In this document: positions 9,818 to 20,013 of the stretch, piece by piece
Numbering within the stretch: the stretch's first letter is position 1
Layout: the number at the start of each line of letters is the position of its first letter
Assembly: GCA_964613305.1 (NCBI GenBank)
Contig: CAZTII010000001.1
Location: forward strand, 11,990-75,989
DNA: 64,000 nucleotides
DNA from: an uncultured Erysipelotrichaceae bacterium
GTDB lineage: Bacteria; Bacillota_I; Bacilli_A; Erysipelotrichales; Erysipelotrichaceae
Reading direction: 5' to 3'
Program-made: the position numbers and the translations under genes
The notes under the pieces: model-generated
What the model was told of the DNA's origin: nothing
Database searches by the model: none
The model's input: the letters and a program-made list of their open reading frames with translations, nothing else

Positions 9818-10824
9818 TTACTGGTGGTGCTGGTTTTATTGGTAGTAATTTTATTTATCGAATGTTAAAAGATCATCCTGAAGATACGATTGTATGTTTG
9901 GATGCATTAACGTATGCTGGAAACCTAGAAACGTTAGAGGAAGCATTAAAAAATCCAACATTACGCTTTGTTAAGGGTGATATAGCGGATCGTCCTTTTG
10001 TTTATGACTTGTTTGAAAAAGAAAAATTCGATGTTGTAGTAAATTTTGCGGCTGAAAGTCATGTTGATCGTAGTATTGAAGAACCAGAAATTTTCTTAAT
10101 TACTAACATTTTAGGAACACAAGTATTATTGGATGCAAGTATGAAATTTGGCGTAAAACGATTCCATCAAGTATCTACTGATGAAGTGTACGGTGATTTA
10201 CCACTTGATCGACCTGATTTATTTTTTACAGAAGAAACACCAATTCATACATCAAGTCCATACTCAAGTAGCAAGGCATCGGCTGATTTGTTAGTGTTAG
10301 CCTATTATCGTACATATGGCTTACCAGTAACAATCAGTCGTTGCTCTAATAATTATGGACCGTATCATTTTCCGGAAAAATTAATTCCGTTAATGATTTC
10401 TCGGGCATTAGCAAATGAAAGCTTACCGGTATATGGAAAAGGTGAAAATGTGCGTGATTGGCTTCATGTTGATGATCATTGCCATGCGATTGACTTGATT
10501 ATCCGTAATGGTAGAGTTGGTGAAGTGTATAATATTGGTGGTCATAATGAACGAACAAACTTAAAAGTTGTTAAGACAATATTGCATCAATTGGATAAAC
10601 CAGAATCATTAATTACATATGTTACTGATCGTAAAGGTCATGATTTGCGTTATGCGATTGATCCAACGAAGATGGAAACTGAATTAGGGTGGAAAGCAAC
10701 ATATACTTTTGATACTGGAATTAAACAAACGATTCAATGGTATCTTGATAATGAACAATGGTGGAAAAACATCATTAATGGTGACTATAAAAACTATTAT
10801 AAGAAAATGTATGAGGAGCGTTAG
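9805..10824 (+). CDS. rfbB: dTDP-glucose 4,6-dehydratase
   Basis: ILVTGGAGFIGSNF, STDEVYGDL, YSSSKASADLLV, CSNNYGPYHFPEKLIP. Confidence 0.92.
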   Translation: MHILVTGGAGFIGSNFIYRMLKDHPEDTIVCLDALTYAGNLETLEEALKNPTLRFVKGDIADRPFVYDLFEKEKFDVVVNFAAESHVDRSIEEPEIFLITNILGTQVLLDASMKFGVKRFHQVSTDEVYGDLPLDRPDLFFTEETPIHTSSPYSSSKASADLLVLAYYRTYGLPVTISRCSNNYGPYHFPEKLIPLMISRALANESLPVYGKGENVRDWLHVDDHCHAIDLIIRNGRVGEVYNIGGHNERTNLKVVKTILHQLDKPESLITYVTDRKGHDLRYAIDPTKMETELGWKATYTFDTGIKQTIQWYLDNEQWWKNIINGDYKNYYKKMYEER

Positions 10825-10826
10825 AA

Positions 10827-11987
10827 ATGGTTGATGTGATTGTAGTAGGAGCTGGTTTTGCTGGAGCAGTAATGGCGGAGCGTTTTGCTTCTTTAGGGAA
10901 AAAAGTATTAGTGTTAGAAAAACGAAATCATATTGCAGGGAACATGTATGATTATATTGATGAGAATAATGTGAATCGTCATGAGTACGGACCACACTTG
11001 TTTCATACAAATAGCAAAAAAGTTGTTGATTATTTATCTAATTTTACAACTTGGTACCCCTATGAACATCGTGTTTTAGGCATGGTGAATGGTAAAGAAG
11101 TACCTATTCCATTTAATTTAGATAGTATTAAAGCTTGTTTTGGTACAGAAGAGGCAGAACATTTAATTTCTGTTTTAGTGTCAACGTATGGCATGGATAG
11201 TAAAGTTCCTATTTTAAAACTAAAGGAAAATAATGATGAAGCAATTAAGAAGTTAGCTGATTTTATATATGAACATGTATTTCAATACTATACGATGAAA
11301 CAATGGGGTTTAGCACCTGAGGAAATTGATCCAGCTGTAACAGGGCGAGTTCCGGTATTGGTAGGAAAAGATGATCGTTATTTTACCGATACGTATCAAC
11401 AAATGCCGAAAAAAGGGTATCATGCATTGTTTGAAAAGATGTTTTCTTCGCCATTGATTGAAGTTTGTTTAAATACCGATGCGAAAAGTAGAATTAAATT
11501 AGATTTTGATAATGGAAAAACATATGTTGATGGAAGCGAATTTCATGGTAAAATTATCTATACTGGCGCAGTGGATGAGTTGTGCGATTATAACTTGGGA
11601 GAATTACCTTATAGAAGTTTATCGTTTGATGTTCAATCACATGTAGGAAATTATCAAACTGTAGGTACAGTTAATTATCCTACACCAGCAAGTGAGCATG
11701 CGTTTACACGTATAACGGAATATAAATGGATGATGGAAACTGTTCCAACTGAAAAAACGACAATTGCTGTTGAATATCCGCTTCCTTATGATCGTGAAGC
11801 AAGTGAAGGAAATATCCCTTATTATCCAATTTTTACCGTTGATAATCAGGCGAAGTATGATGAATATTGCCAACAATTAAAGAAATTTGATAACATCGTA
11901 TTATTAGGCCGATTGGCTGAGTATAAGTATTACAACATGGATGCGATTGTTCTTCGTGCACTAGAGGTTTTTGAACAAATTAAATAG
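10827..11987 (+). CDS. glf: UDP-galactopyranose mutase family flavoenzyme (Glf; possibly an NDP-6-deoxyhexopyranose mutase)
   Basis: VIVVGAGFAGAVMAERF, GPHLFHTNSKKVVDYLSNFTTW, YKYYNMD at the C-terminus. Confidence 0.85.
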   Translation: MVDVIVVGAGFAGAVMAERFASLGKKVLVLEKRNHIAGNMYDYIDENNVNRHEYGPHLFHTNSKKVVDYLSNFTTWYPYEHRVLGMVNGKEVPIPFNLDSIKACFGTEEAEHLISVLVSTYGMDSKVPILKLKENNDEAIKKLADFIYEHVFQYYTMKQWGLAPEEIDPAVTGRVPVLVGKDDRYFTDTYQQMPKKGYHALFEKMFSSPLIEVCLNTDAKSRIKLDFDNGKTYVDGSEFHGKIIYTGAVDELCDYNLGELPYRSLSFDVQSHVGNYQTVGTVNYPTPASEHAFTRITEYKWMMETVPTEKTTIAVEYPLPYDREASEGNIPYYPIFTVDNQAKYDEYCQQLKKFDNIVLLGRLAEYKYYNMDAIVLRALEVFEQIK

Positions 11988-12013
11988 TTGGCATTATTAA
12001 TGATGGAGAGAAT

Positions 12014-13465
12014 ATGGATAAGAAAATACTAAGAAATTATTTTTATAATATTTTATATCAAGTATTTATGGTAATTACACCGTTAATAATGACTCCTTAT
12101 ACAACACGTGTATTAGGTGGTTTGGCGTTAGGTACAAACGATTGGACAGCAGGAAATGTTCAATGGTTTGTACTTTTCGGCATTTTAGGAGTAGGGATTT
12201 ATGGTAATAAAAAGATTGCTGAAGTACGTGATAATAAGGAAATAATGTCGCGGACATTCTTTGAAATTTTTATTATGCAATTTGCAAGTATGTGTATATC
12301 TGGTTTGGTTTATTTGTTGTATTTACAAACAGTACAACCATCGGTTTATATTTATGCTTTGTATCAAGGCATATCATTGATTTCAGTTTCGCTTGATATT
12401 ACATGGTTTTTTTATGGCGTTGAAGATTTCAAAAGTGCTTCTATTCGAAACATGATTGTAAAAACAATTGGTATTATTTTAATCTTTACGTACATAAAAT
12501 CGCCAAGTGATTTAGGATTATTTATTTTAATTAATGCGATTTCTGGAGTTTTAGGTCAAGGGTTGATGTGGATTCAACTAAGACAGTATATTCACTTTGA
12601 AAAAATAACGATTAAAGGTGTACTTCAACATATTCGTCCTAATATTATGTTGTTTATTCCACAAATTGCAACAAGTATTTACACTATTTTGGATGTTAGT
12701 ATGTTAGGCTACATTTATGAAAATAGAGCGCATGTATCGTATTATCAAAATGCGCAACGATTTATAAAGATGTTTTTATTCTTTATAACTTCCATTGGAT
12801 CTGTGACGTTACCAAGAATTGCGAATATCCATGCAGGTGGGGAAGATAGTAAAGAAAAAATTGAACAATACTTACAAACTACCTTAAAAATGGCGCTTTA
12901 TTTAGCGATTCCTTTAATGTTTGGTATCGTTGCTTTAGTGCCTTCTTTTATCGGTTGGTTTATGAATGAAGAGTATCAAATAGTAAGTACATTGATTATG
13001 TTAGCGACACCATCCATTCTGTTTATTAGTTTAAGTAATGTGTATGGGACGCAGTACTTACTACCAACGAACATGACTAAACAATATACTACTTCAGTGA
13101 TTGTTGGTGCTCTTACTAATTTGGTGTTAAATTCGCTACTAATGCCTTTGTATGGAGCATATGCAGCGATTATTAACTCGGTTATCGCTGAATTTATGGT
13201 TACTTTTGTTCAATGGCTAAGTATTCGTAAACTAATTAATTTATCTGTTTCGAGTAAAAGTGTTCGTAAAATGGTTATATCTAGTGCATTGATGCTTATA
13301 TGTGTGCGCTTTGTTTGTAGTTTATTACATCCAAGATTTATTAACAACTTACTTGAAATAAGTGTAGGAGTTATTGTTTATGTTGTATGTTTAACTGTAC
13401 TTAAAGATGAATTTCATATGGAAATTATTCAAAAAATAGTAAAGTTGAGGAAAGAAAATGGCTAA
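12014..13465 (+). CDS. MOP-family polysaccharide flippase (Wzx-like)
   Basis: 483 aa with about 12-14 TM helices and the typical polysaccharide-biosynthesis-protein layout, inside a glycan locus. Confidence 0.75.
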   Translation: MDKKILRNYFYNILYQVFMVITPLIMTPYTTRVLGGLALGTNDWTAGNVQWFVLFGILGVGIYGNKKIAEVRDNKEIMSRTFFEIFIMQFASMCISGLVYLLYLQTVQPSVYIYALYQGISLISVSLDITWFFYGVEDFKSASIRNMIVKTIGIILIFTYIKSPSDLGLFILINAISGVLGQGLMWIQLRQYIHFEKITIKGVLQHIRPNIMLFIPQIATSIYTILDVSMLGYIYENRAHVSYYQNAQRFIKMFLFFITSIGSVTLPRIANIHAGGEDSKEKIEQYLQTTLKMALYLAIPLMFGIVALVPSFIGWFMNEEYQIVSTLIMLATPSILFISLSNVYGTQYLLPTNMTKQYTTSVIVGALTNLVLNSLLMPLYGAYAAIINSVIAEFMVTFVQWLSIRKLINLSVSSKSVRKMVISSALMLICVRFVCSLLHPRFINNLLEISVGVIVYVVCLTVLKDEFHMEIIQKIVKLRKENG

Positions 13466-14429
13466 AATTAGTGTTATCGTTCCTGTATATAAGGTAGAAG
13501 ATTATTTAGAAAAATGCATTGATTCCATTGTTAAACAAACTTTTTATGATCTTGAAATTATATTAGTAAATGATGGTTCTCCAGATAATAGTTTAGCTAT
13601 TTGTCGCCAATATGAAGCAATTGATCATCGCATTGTTATAGTAAATAAAGAAAATGGTGGTTTAAGTGACGCACGTAACGCCGGACTTGCGGTGGCGAGC
13701 AGCGATGTTGTTTATTTTTTAGATGGTGATGACAGTATCGATTTACAATGCTTAGAAAAAGCGTATCGTTCGATGGTTGAAAACGATAGTGATATGGTTA
13801 TTTTTGATGTGTATCAACATAGTTTAGTGAATAAAACGATTGAGGTTATTACTAGTTGTCCTACGATTATGAAACCTACATCATGTATAGAAACACCTTC
13901 TATGTTAGTAGAAACATTAAATTGTGCTTGGAATAAGTTATATAAAAAGAAGTTATTTACTGATAATAACATCGAATATCCGTTTGCATGTTACTATGAA
14001 GATTTAGGTACGACGTATCGTTTAATGCTAAGTTGCAATAAAATTTCTTTTGTTCATGAACCTTTATATCATTACTTAAAGGATCGCCCTGGAAACATTA
14101 CGCAATCGTTTAATGAAAAAAGTATTGATGTGTTAAAGATGATTCAGTTAAATATTGATTTTTTAAATGAAAAAAATTTAATGTCCTATTTTAAAGAAGA
14201 ATTAACTTTTTTAGCAAGTGTTAACATTCATGAAACACTGAAAAAAACAAGTTGGGCTACATATGATAGTAATATTAAGCAATTTATTGATAGTTGTTTT
14301 AAATTTCTTGATACTAATTTTCCTAATCGCCGACGCTGTAAATATAAAATATTACGAGAAAAGAATGATTGGATTTATAGTAGGAAATGGATATTAAAAC
14401 TTTATTTATGGTGGAGGAGTAAAAGATGA
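13458..14429 (+). CDS. Family 2 glycosyltransferase
   Basis: ISVIVPVYKVEDYLEKCIDS, NDGSPD, GGLSDARNAGL, DGDD. Confidence 0.85.
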   Translation: MAKISVIVPVYKVEDYLEKCIDSIVKQTFYDLEIILVNDGSPDNSLAICRQYEAIDHRIVIVNKENGGLSDARNAGLAVASSDVVYFLDGDDSIDLQCLEKAYRSMVENDSDMVIFDVYQHSLVNKTIEVITSCPTIMKPTSCIETPSMLVETLNCAWNKLYKKKLFTDNNIEYPFACYYEDLGTTYRLMLSCNKISFVHEPLYHYLKDRPGNITQSFNEKSIDVLKMIQLNIDFLNEKNLMSYFKEELTFLASVNIHETLKKTSWATYDSNIKQFIDSCFKFLDTNFPNRRRCKYKILREKNDWIYSRKWILKLYLWWRSKR

Positions 14430-15460
14430 AAAAAATAACCGTTATTGTTCCAATTTATAATGTAGAAAAATACATAAGAACGTGTTTTGATTCATTGTTG
14501 AAACAAACGATGAAAGATTTTGTTGTATTAGCAATTAATGATGGTTCGCCTTATCACGAACAGGTAATTATTGATGAATATTGTCAACAATATCCTATCT
14601 TGTTTAAGGGAATTCAAAAAGAGAATGGAGGATATGGTTCTGTGTTACAACTAGCGATTGAGCAGTTAGAGACAGAATATTTCTTGATTTGTGATCCTGA
14701 TGATTTTTTAGCAGATGATGCTTTAGAACATCTTTTAACACTTGCGGAAGTATCTAATGCGGATATAACAATTGGAGCTAAAAACTTTATTTATAATGAT
14801 GATCCAATTGGTGACTATGATGCATCATACAATAAAGGGTACACAACATTAAAAACGAATACAGTGTACAATAAAGATAATTCAGCATTTAATGATTTGT
14901 TTTTTGTTGATCCCTCGCCTCATAGTAAATTATATCGTCGTAGTTTAGCAAAAAATATAAAGTTTCCAACGAAAGTTGGGTATACGGATAATTTATTGTT
15001 TTACATCAGTTTATTAAACGCGAATAAAGTTCTTTACACTGATAAAACATGTGCTTATTATTTAGTTGATCGTATAGGAAATACGATGACAGATGTTCGT
15101 ACGGCGGCGTTTTTAGGTCAAATTAAAGTGTTTAAAACAATCGTTGATCAAGCATCTTCTTTGAAACCAACAAGCATGTTTTATTATCGAATGTTTGAAA
15201 GTTTTAACTTTTTATTAGAACAATCTCGACGTTTAAAAGGTAACAAAGAAGAATATAAACAATCGCTTACAGAACTATATACATTTGTGGAGTGTTTAAT
15301 TCCGTTTAATAAGGAGATTATTCCGTTCATTGATAAGTATAGTAAAGCAAAGTTTATCGCAAAATGGCGTTATAAACAGTTGTTAAATGAGAAATCAAGT
15401 AAAAAAGCATATGATAAAATAATGTCACTCATGGTCAGTGAATTTGTAGAAAAGGAATAA
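14426..15460 (+). CDS. Family 2 glycosyltransferase
   Basis: ITVIVPIYNVEKYIRTCFDSLLKQT, NDGSP, DPDD. 4-nt overlap with the upstream gene. Confidence 0.85.
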   Translation: MKKITVIVPIYNVEKYIRTCFDSLLKQTMKDFVVLAINDGSPYHEQVIIDEYCQQYPILFKGIQKENGGYGSVLQLAIEQLETEYFLICDPDDFLADDALEHLLTLAEVSNADITIGAKNFIYNDDPIGDYDASYNKGYTTLKTNTVYNKDNSAFNDLFFVDPSPHSKLYRRSLAKNIKFPTKVGYTDNLLFYISLLNANKVLYTDKTCAYYLVDRIGNTMTDVRTAAFLGQIKVFKTIVDQASSLKPTSMFYYRMFESFNFLLEQSRRLKGNKEEYKQSLTELYTFVECLIPFNKEIIPFIDKYSKAKFIAKWRYKQLLNEKSSKKAYDKIMSLMVSEFVEKE

Positions 15461-15461
15461 T

Positions 15462-16406
15462 ATGAAAGTATCTTGTATTGTTCCAGTATATAATGTTGAG
15501 ACATATTTACCTCAATGTTTAGAATGTTTACAAAATCAAACATTAAAAGAGTTAGAAGTTATCATTGTAAATGATGGTTCTACTGATTCATGTGGCGATA
15601 TAGCGAAGAAATATGTTGCCAATAACATTAATTGGAAATATATTGAAAAAGTAAATGGTGGATTAAGTGATGCTCGAAATGCCGGATTACCGCATGTAAC
15701 TGGTGAGTACTTAGCTTTTCTTGATAGTGACGATTTTGTGGATGTAGATTATTATGAATCAATGGTATTAGCGATGGAAGATGATGTTGACATGGTTGTA
15801 AGTGATATACATTACTTTTCTGACGATAAAAAAGTTGATTGGATTATGTCAGGATTAAGTGATTGGCCAACCGATACAATATCGAAAAAAGGATTGTTAT
15901 CACCGATGTTTGCGTGGAATAAATTAGTTCGTACTTCCTTTTTTCTTGACTGCAATGTTCGCTATCCACTTAAAACATGGTATGAAGATTTACCGGTATC
16001 AACGGTATTATTTGCAAAATCAAAAAAAATTAATCATGTTTCTAACGTTGTTCATTATCGTCAACGTAGCGGTTCTATTATGTCAGAGACGAAAAATCGT
16101 CGTATATTTGAAATTTTTAATGTTTTAAAATTAGTTCGTGATAAATTTTTAGAATTAAACATAATGGATGATTTTTACGAAGAAATTGAATATTTACACA
16201 TTGAACATTGTCGTTTATATGGAATGTTTCGTTTTATTCGCTCTGATTATCGTAAGGAAGCCACAGAAATGGCAATTTCCTTAATGCAAAATGTATTTCC
16301 TAACTGGAGAAATAATAAATATATTAAAAATCTTCCAATGAAAAGACAATTATTTTTAAAATACTATTGTAGGAACACAGCGTGGTTATTTAAATGGATA
16401 ATCTGA
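15462..16406 (+). CDS. Family 2 glycosyltransferase
   Basis: VSCIVPVYNVETYLPQCLECLQNQT, NDGSTD, GGLSDARNAGL, DSDD. Confidence 0.85.
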   Translation: MKVSCIVPVYNVETYLPQCLECLQNQTLKELEVIIVNDGSTDSCGDIAKKYVANNINWKYIEKVNGGLSDARNAGLPHVTGEYLAFLDSDDFVDVDYYESMVLAMEDDVDMVVSDIHYFSDDKKVDWIMSGLSDWPTDTISKKGLLSPMFAWNKLVRTSFFLDCNVRYPLKTWYEDLPVSTVLFAKSKKINHVSNVVHYRQRSGSIMSETKNRRIFEIFNVLKLVRDKFLELNIMDDFYEEIEYLHIEHCRLYGMFRFIRSDYRKEATEMAISLMQNVFPNWRNNKYIKNLPMKRQLFLKYYCRNTAWLFKWII

Positions 16407-16418
16407 AAGGGGAACTCA

Positions 16419-17957
16419 ATGAGAACTCGATACTCTTTTTATAACTTTCTAGTAAGCTTATTAACAAGTGTTCTTTTACCTATCTTTGGAATGGTTAAAT
16501 TGCGATTGTTTGTGGATTGCTATGGAAGTGATGTTAATGGTTTACAATTGACAATGATGCAAGTAATTAATTTTTTAAATATTTGTGCTTTAGCTTATTC
16601 GCTAGCATTCAGACAATTATTGTATAAACCGTTGGGTGAAGGGGATATTGAGCGTGTTAAAGAAATTTATGCGGGCGCAGTAAAAGTATTTAAATTTACC
16701 GGTTTTGCGGTTATTGGCTTAGGAATGGTTATCGCTGCTTTATTTCCTTTTTTCTCGGAAAGTCCATTAAATGCCGTTCAAACATCGCTTGTCTTTTTTA
16801 TGTTATTACTACCACAAGGATTAGCTTACTTTTTTATGGGGCCAAACTTTGTTATCATAGCTGACCAAAAAGAATATAAAATCAATGTTTGGATACAGAC
16901 AATTGCTATTCTTCGTATGATTCTAATGATATTATGTATCTTAAACAAGATGAGCTTCTTTGTAGTTGTATTGATTGAGGGTGCCAATGTTGTTATATCA
17001 TGTACGGTTGAACGATATATCTCGTTAAAATCGTATCCATGGTTGAAAGAAGAACCGGTTAATAAATCAGATACATCGTTTAGTATGAGCGCAAAATATA
17101 CCATAATTCAACGATTATCTAATTTAGCAACAAATAATACCGACAACATTGTTATTTCTATTTTTATGGGATATCAAATGACAAGTGTATATGGTGCGTA
17201 TAGTTATTTGATGGAAAGTGTTTCAAGAATTATTAATAGTGCTATCACTGCTCCAATTAATAGTTTTGGTAATTTGTTTAATGATTCTAATGCAGATTCT
17301 TATTCTGTATTTACCGAATTTTTTAATTTTGCGACATATATTGCAAGTATCATTTCCATCTGTATATTTTCAGTGATGAATCAAGTAGTTATTTACGTTA
17401 TGAACAAGCCTGAAGAATTTAATGTTTCACTTTGGGTTACTTTCTTATTTGCAATTAATGTCTTTTATTTAACAATGCGAGAGCCAATTATTATTTCCAG
17501 GGATGCGAATGGTTACTTTAAAGATGCAAAAACAAATGCTTGGATAGCAGCTATCGTCAAGGTTATTGCTAGTGTTGTTTTTATTCGATTTTGGGGAATT
17601 GCAGGTGTTTTATTAGCGACATTAATAACAAACTGGGTTGTTGACTTTTTATATAATCCACCATTAGTTTATCGTAAAGTTTTTCATCTTAACCCACTAC
17701 GTTACTATAAAATGGTTGTGGTTCGTATGCTTATTGCCTTTATAGTTGGTGTATTTAGTTTTGGTTTATGGACTAAACTTCAATTTTTAGCAACTACAGG
17801 AATCGTTAATTTCTTGTTGGCGTGCATTATATTGGGTGTTTTTGTATTCGTTACCATAACTATTATTTATGCAGTAAGTTTTTCATCGTTTAGAAAATTA
17901 TTTACGCGGTTAAAATCAATCTTATTGAAAAGGAAAGCTCTAGCACAAACAGTATAA
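16419..17957 (+). CDS. Second MOP-family (flippase-like) polytopic membrane protein
   Basis: 512 aa and multi-TM throughout. It is the last gene of the glycan locus. Confidence 0.6.
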   Translation: MRTRYSFYNFLVSLLTSVLLPIFGMVKLRLFVDCYGSDVNGLQLTMMQVINFLNICALAYSLAFRQLLYKPLGEGDIERVKEIYAGAVKVFKFTGFAVIGLGMVIAALFPFFSESPLNAVQTSLVFFMLLLPQGLAYFFMGPNFVIIADQKEYKINVWIQTIAILRMILMILCILNKMSFFVVVLIEGANVVISCTVERYISLKSYPWLKEEPVNKSDTSFSMSAKYTIIQRLSNLATNNTDNIVISIFMGYQMTSVYGAYSYLMESVSRIINSAITAPINSFGNLFNDSNADSYSVFTEFFNFATYIASIISICIFSVMNQVVIYVMNKPEEFNVSLWVTFLFAINVFYLTMREPIIISRDANGYFKDAKTNAWIAAIVKVIASVVFIRFWGIAGVLLATLITNWVVDFLYNPPLVYRKVFHLNPLRYYKMVVVRMLIAFIVGVFSFGLWTKLQFLATTGIVNFLLACIILGVFVFVTITIIYAVSFSSFRKLFTRLKSILLKRKALAQTV

Positions 17958-17980
17958 TGAATCATAATTTTAAAAAAAAG

Positions 17981-18853
17981 CTACTGCTTAATTGGCATTG
18001 TAGCTTTTATGCTATTGACTATTTCATTAACAAAAGCGTTGGGTGTAGCGTGTCCATCATTTGGATATAAATACAACTCAATGTTTTTTTCATTAAATCG
18101 TCTTAAATGGTCATATACATTTTGTGCTTGTTGGTAGGGGAATATTTCATCTAATTCACCTTGCCCCATAACAATTTTTGTTCTAATGAGTCTTTCTTTG
18201 TATTTGAAGGGATTTTCTTCAATCATGTTCATAATTTGTTTTTCAAAGAAATGGTCTTCAGTAATTGATTTTGAATTCTCATAACTTGTATTTAATAAAT
18301 AGCTCGATTCTAAAATCGTCCAATCGCAAGGTGCATTAATCGTCGTGATAATTTTAATTGGATACTTACCATTAGTCACATATTTAAAGGATAACATTCC
18401 GCCCATAGAGTATCCGATTAAAGCGACATTCTTGACATCGATTAATTCATTAAAGGATGCGTATTCAATCAGCGTATCAATTGTAGTTACATCTGTTACA
18501 ATATCGCAAAAGAGTTCTTTTCCTTCGCGCAGACCATGTCCTTTTAAGTCAGGAGCAATAACGAAGTAGCCTAAGCTTGAAAGCTTTGTTAAAAAATAAT
18601 GCATACTTTCTTTTGAACCAGTTGCTCCATGAAGGGCTATTACTAGAGGTTTCTTTTTATTGTCAATTTTTTTAGCTTCAAGAATAGGAATATCTTCAAC
18701 TTTTTTAGCAGTTAGAGATACATCCATATTATTCGCTTGTTGTATAAGCATTGATGAGTCTAATTCCATATCGGTGGTAGTTAGTTTAGTTTGCTTTTGT
18801 GTTGTGCAGCTAAATAATAACAGAGTTAACAGTATTAATAGTAGTTTTCTCAT
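17981..18853 (-). CDS. Secreted lipoprotein alpha/beta hydrolase (serine esterase/peptidase fold)
   Basis: Start at MRKLLLILLTLLLFSC (lipobox LFSC) behind AAAGGAGAAAT. Nucleophile elbow GYSMGG; HG oxyanion region LHGATGSKE. Confidence 0.75.
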   Translation of the reverse strand: MRKLLLILLTLLLFSCTTQKQTKLTTTDMELDSSMLIQQANNMDVSLTAKKVEDIPILEAKKIDNKKKPLVIALHGATGSKESMHYFLTKLSSLGYFVIAPDLKGHGLREGKELFCDIVTDVTTIDTLIEYASFNELIDVKNVALIGYSMGGMLSFKYVTNGKYPIKIITTINAPCDWTILESSYLLNTSYENSKSITEDHFFEKQIMNMIEENPFKYKERLIRTKIVMGQGELDEIFPYQQAQNVYDHLRRFNEKNIELYLYPNDGHATPNAFVNEIVNSIKATMPIKQ

Positions 18854-19728
18854 ATTTCTCCTTTCGTAGCGAGTGATAAGCATAAAGTGATTTCATTAAT
18901 TAACTCCTGTTGAAAGACGTGATTTTTAAGCCATACAACATAGGTATCAACTAAGATATGGTGATCACTGATGGAAATTTCACGAATAGGGTAGTGATTT
19001 TTTAAATGTGTAAGTGACGATTTTGTTACAAAGGTAATTGCGTCATGATGTTGAATTCCATATAGTAACGTTGTAAGATCAGCTATATCTAGTGGCACAT
19101 TTAAATGGATTGAGCGTAATTGTTCAAAATGTTGCAATTTTTTAATAAAACTTTCTTTATTGTTTAAAAACAAAGGATATTGTAAACATTGTTTAAGCGT
19201 TAACTTTTCGGGTATTGATGATGTCGTGGCTACAATTGGGACAAGTTCAGTTGATGCGAATAATTGATAATCAACATCGTTCTTGTTAAAATCATCATCG
19301 ATAATAGCGAAATCGATATCACCATTTTGTAAACTATGAATTATTGATGAGCTTGATGTAACATTGATTTGTAGTTGCATCTTCTTTTTATCATGCAATA
19401 AATGTAAGAAAGAAATAGCGTTTTCGGATAATTCAGAAGTGATACCAAAACGAATGTTATGTTCATTACTATTAAGGTCTTTTAATTTATTTTTAAGATA
19501 AGCTTCATTTTCAATTAAAGTTTGAAAAGCTTCTTGCAATAACAAGCCTTCTTTCGTCAGTGAATTTTTTTTGCCTTCAATGATGAATAATTTTACACCA
19601 TAGTTTTCCTCTAACATTTGAATATGTTTTGATACGGCAGGCTGCGTAATTGATAGCTTCATTGATGCTTTTGTGTAGTTTAATTCTTGGGCTACCATCA
19701 GAAAAGTATTTACTTTATAATCTAACAT
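18850..19728 (-). CDS. LysR-family transcriptional regulator
   Basis: N-terminal wHTH: FLMVAQELNYTKASMKLSITQPAVSKHIQMLEENYG. Its TGA stop overlaps the ATG of the downstream hydrolase (ATGA). Confidence 0.85.
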   Translation of the reverse strand: MLDYKVNTFLMVAQELNYTKASMKLSITQPAVSKHIQMLEENYGVKLFIIEGKKNSLTKEGLLLQEAFQTLIENEAYLKNKLKDLNSNEHNIRFGITSELSENAISFLHLLHDKKKMQLQINVTSSSSIIHSLQNGDIDFAIIDDDFNKNDVDYQLFASTELVPIVATTSSIPEKLTLKQCLQYPLFLNNKESFIKKLQHFEQLRSIHLNVPLDIADLTTLLYGIQHHDAITFVTKSSLTHLKNHYPIREISISDHHILVDTYVVWLKNHVFQQELINEITLCLSLATKGEI

Positions 19729-19787
19729 GTTATTTCCTCACGTATTAATAATACCGCAAAAACATTGAAAATGATATGTAAAGTTGG

Positions 19788-19816
19788 TTGACAAAGCCAC
19801 TTTGAAAAGTTATGAT
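19788..19816 (+). promoter_or_regulatory. Sigma-A type promoter of the M-box/mgtA transcript
   Basis: TTGACA (19788-19793), 17-nt spacer, TATGAT (19811-19816). Confidence 0.7.
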
Positions 19817-19821
19817 GGTAA

Positions 19822-20013
19822 AGAAGATGGTAGGTGAGGCTACTATAAGGATATGGGTTGCTGCCGCAAAATAGTGGAGACACTATGCGCTGGTATGAAT
19901 AGTCTACATTGTACGAAGGTGTAGAATAAAGCAATTTCACCGCCTTATAGAGCTAAAGCTCAAACGTCGTGTAGTTGGACTAGTTGAACTTGCCATTTTA
20001 GCAAGTTTTTTTT
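19822..20013 (+). promoter_or_regulatory. M-box (ykoK-type) Mg2+ riboswitch with intrinsic terminator
   Basis: GGTAGGTGAGGCT, TTGCTGCCGCAAAATAGTGGAGACAC and GAGCTAAAGCTCAAACG match the conserved M-box blocks of B. subtilis ykoK. Terminator GAACTTGC/GCAAGTT plus T8 at 19986-20013. Directly upstream of mgtA. Confidence 0.85.
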
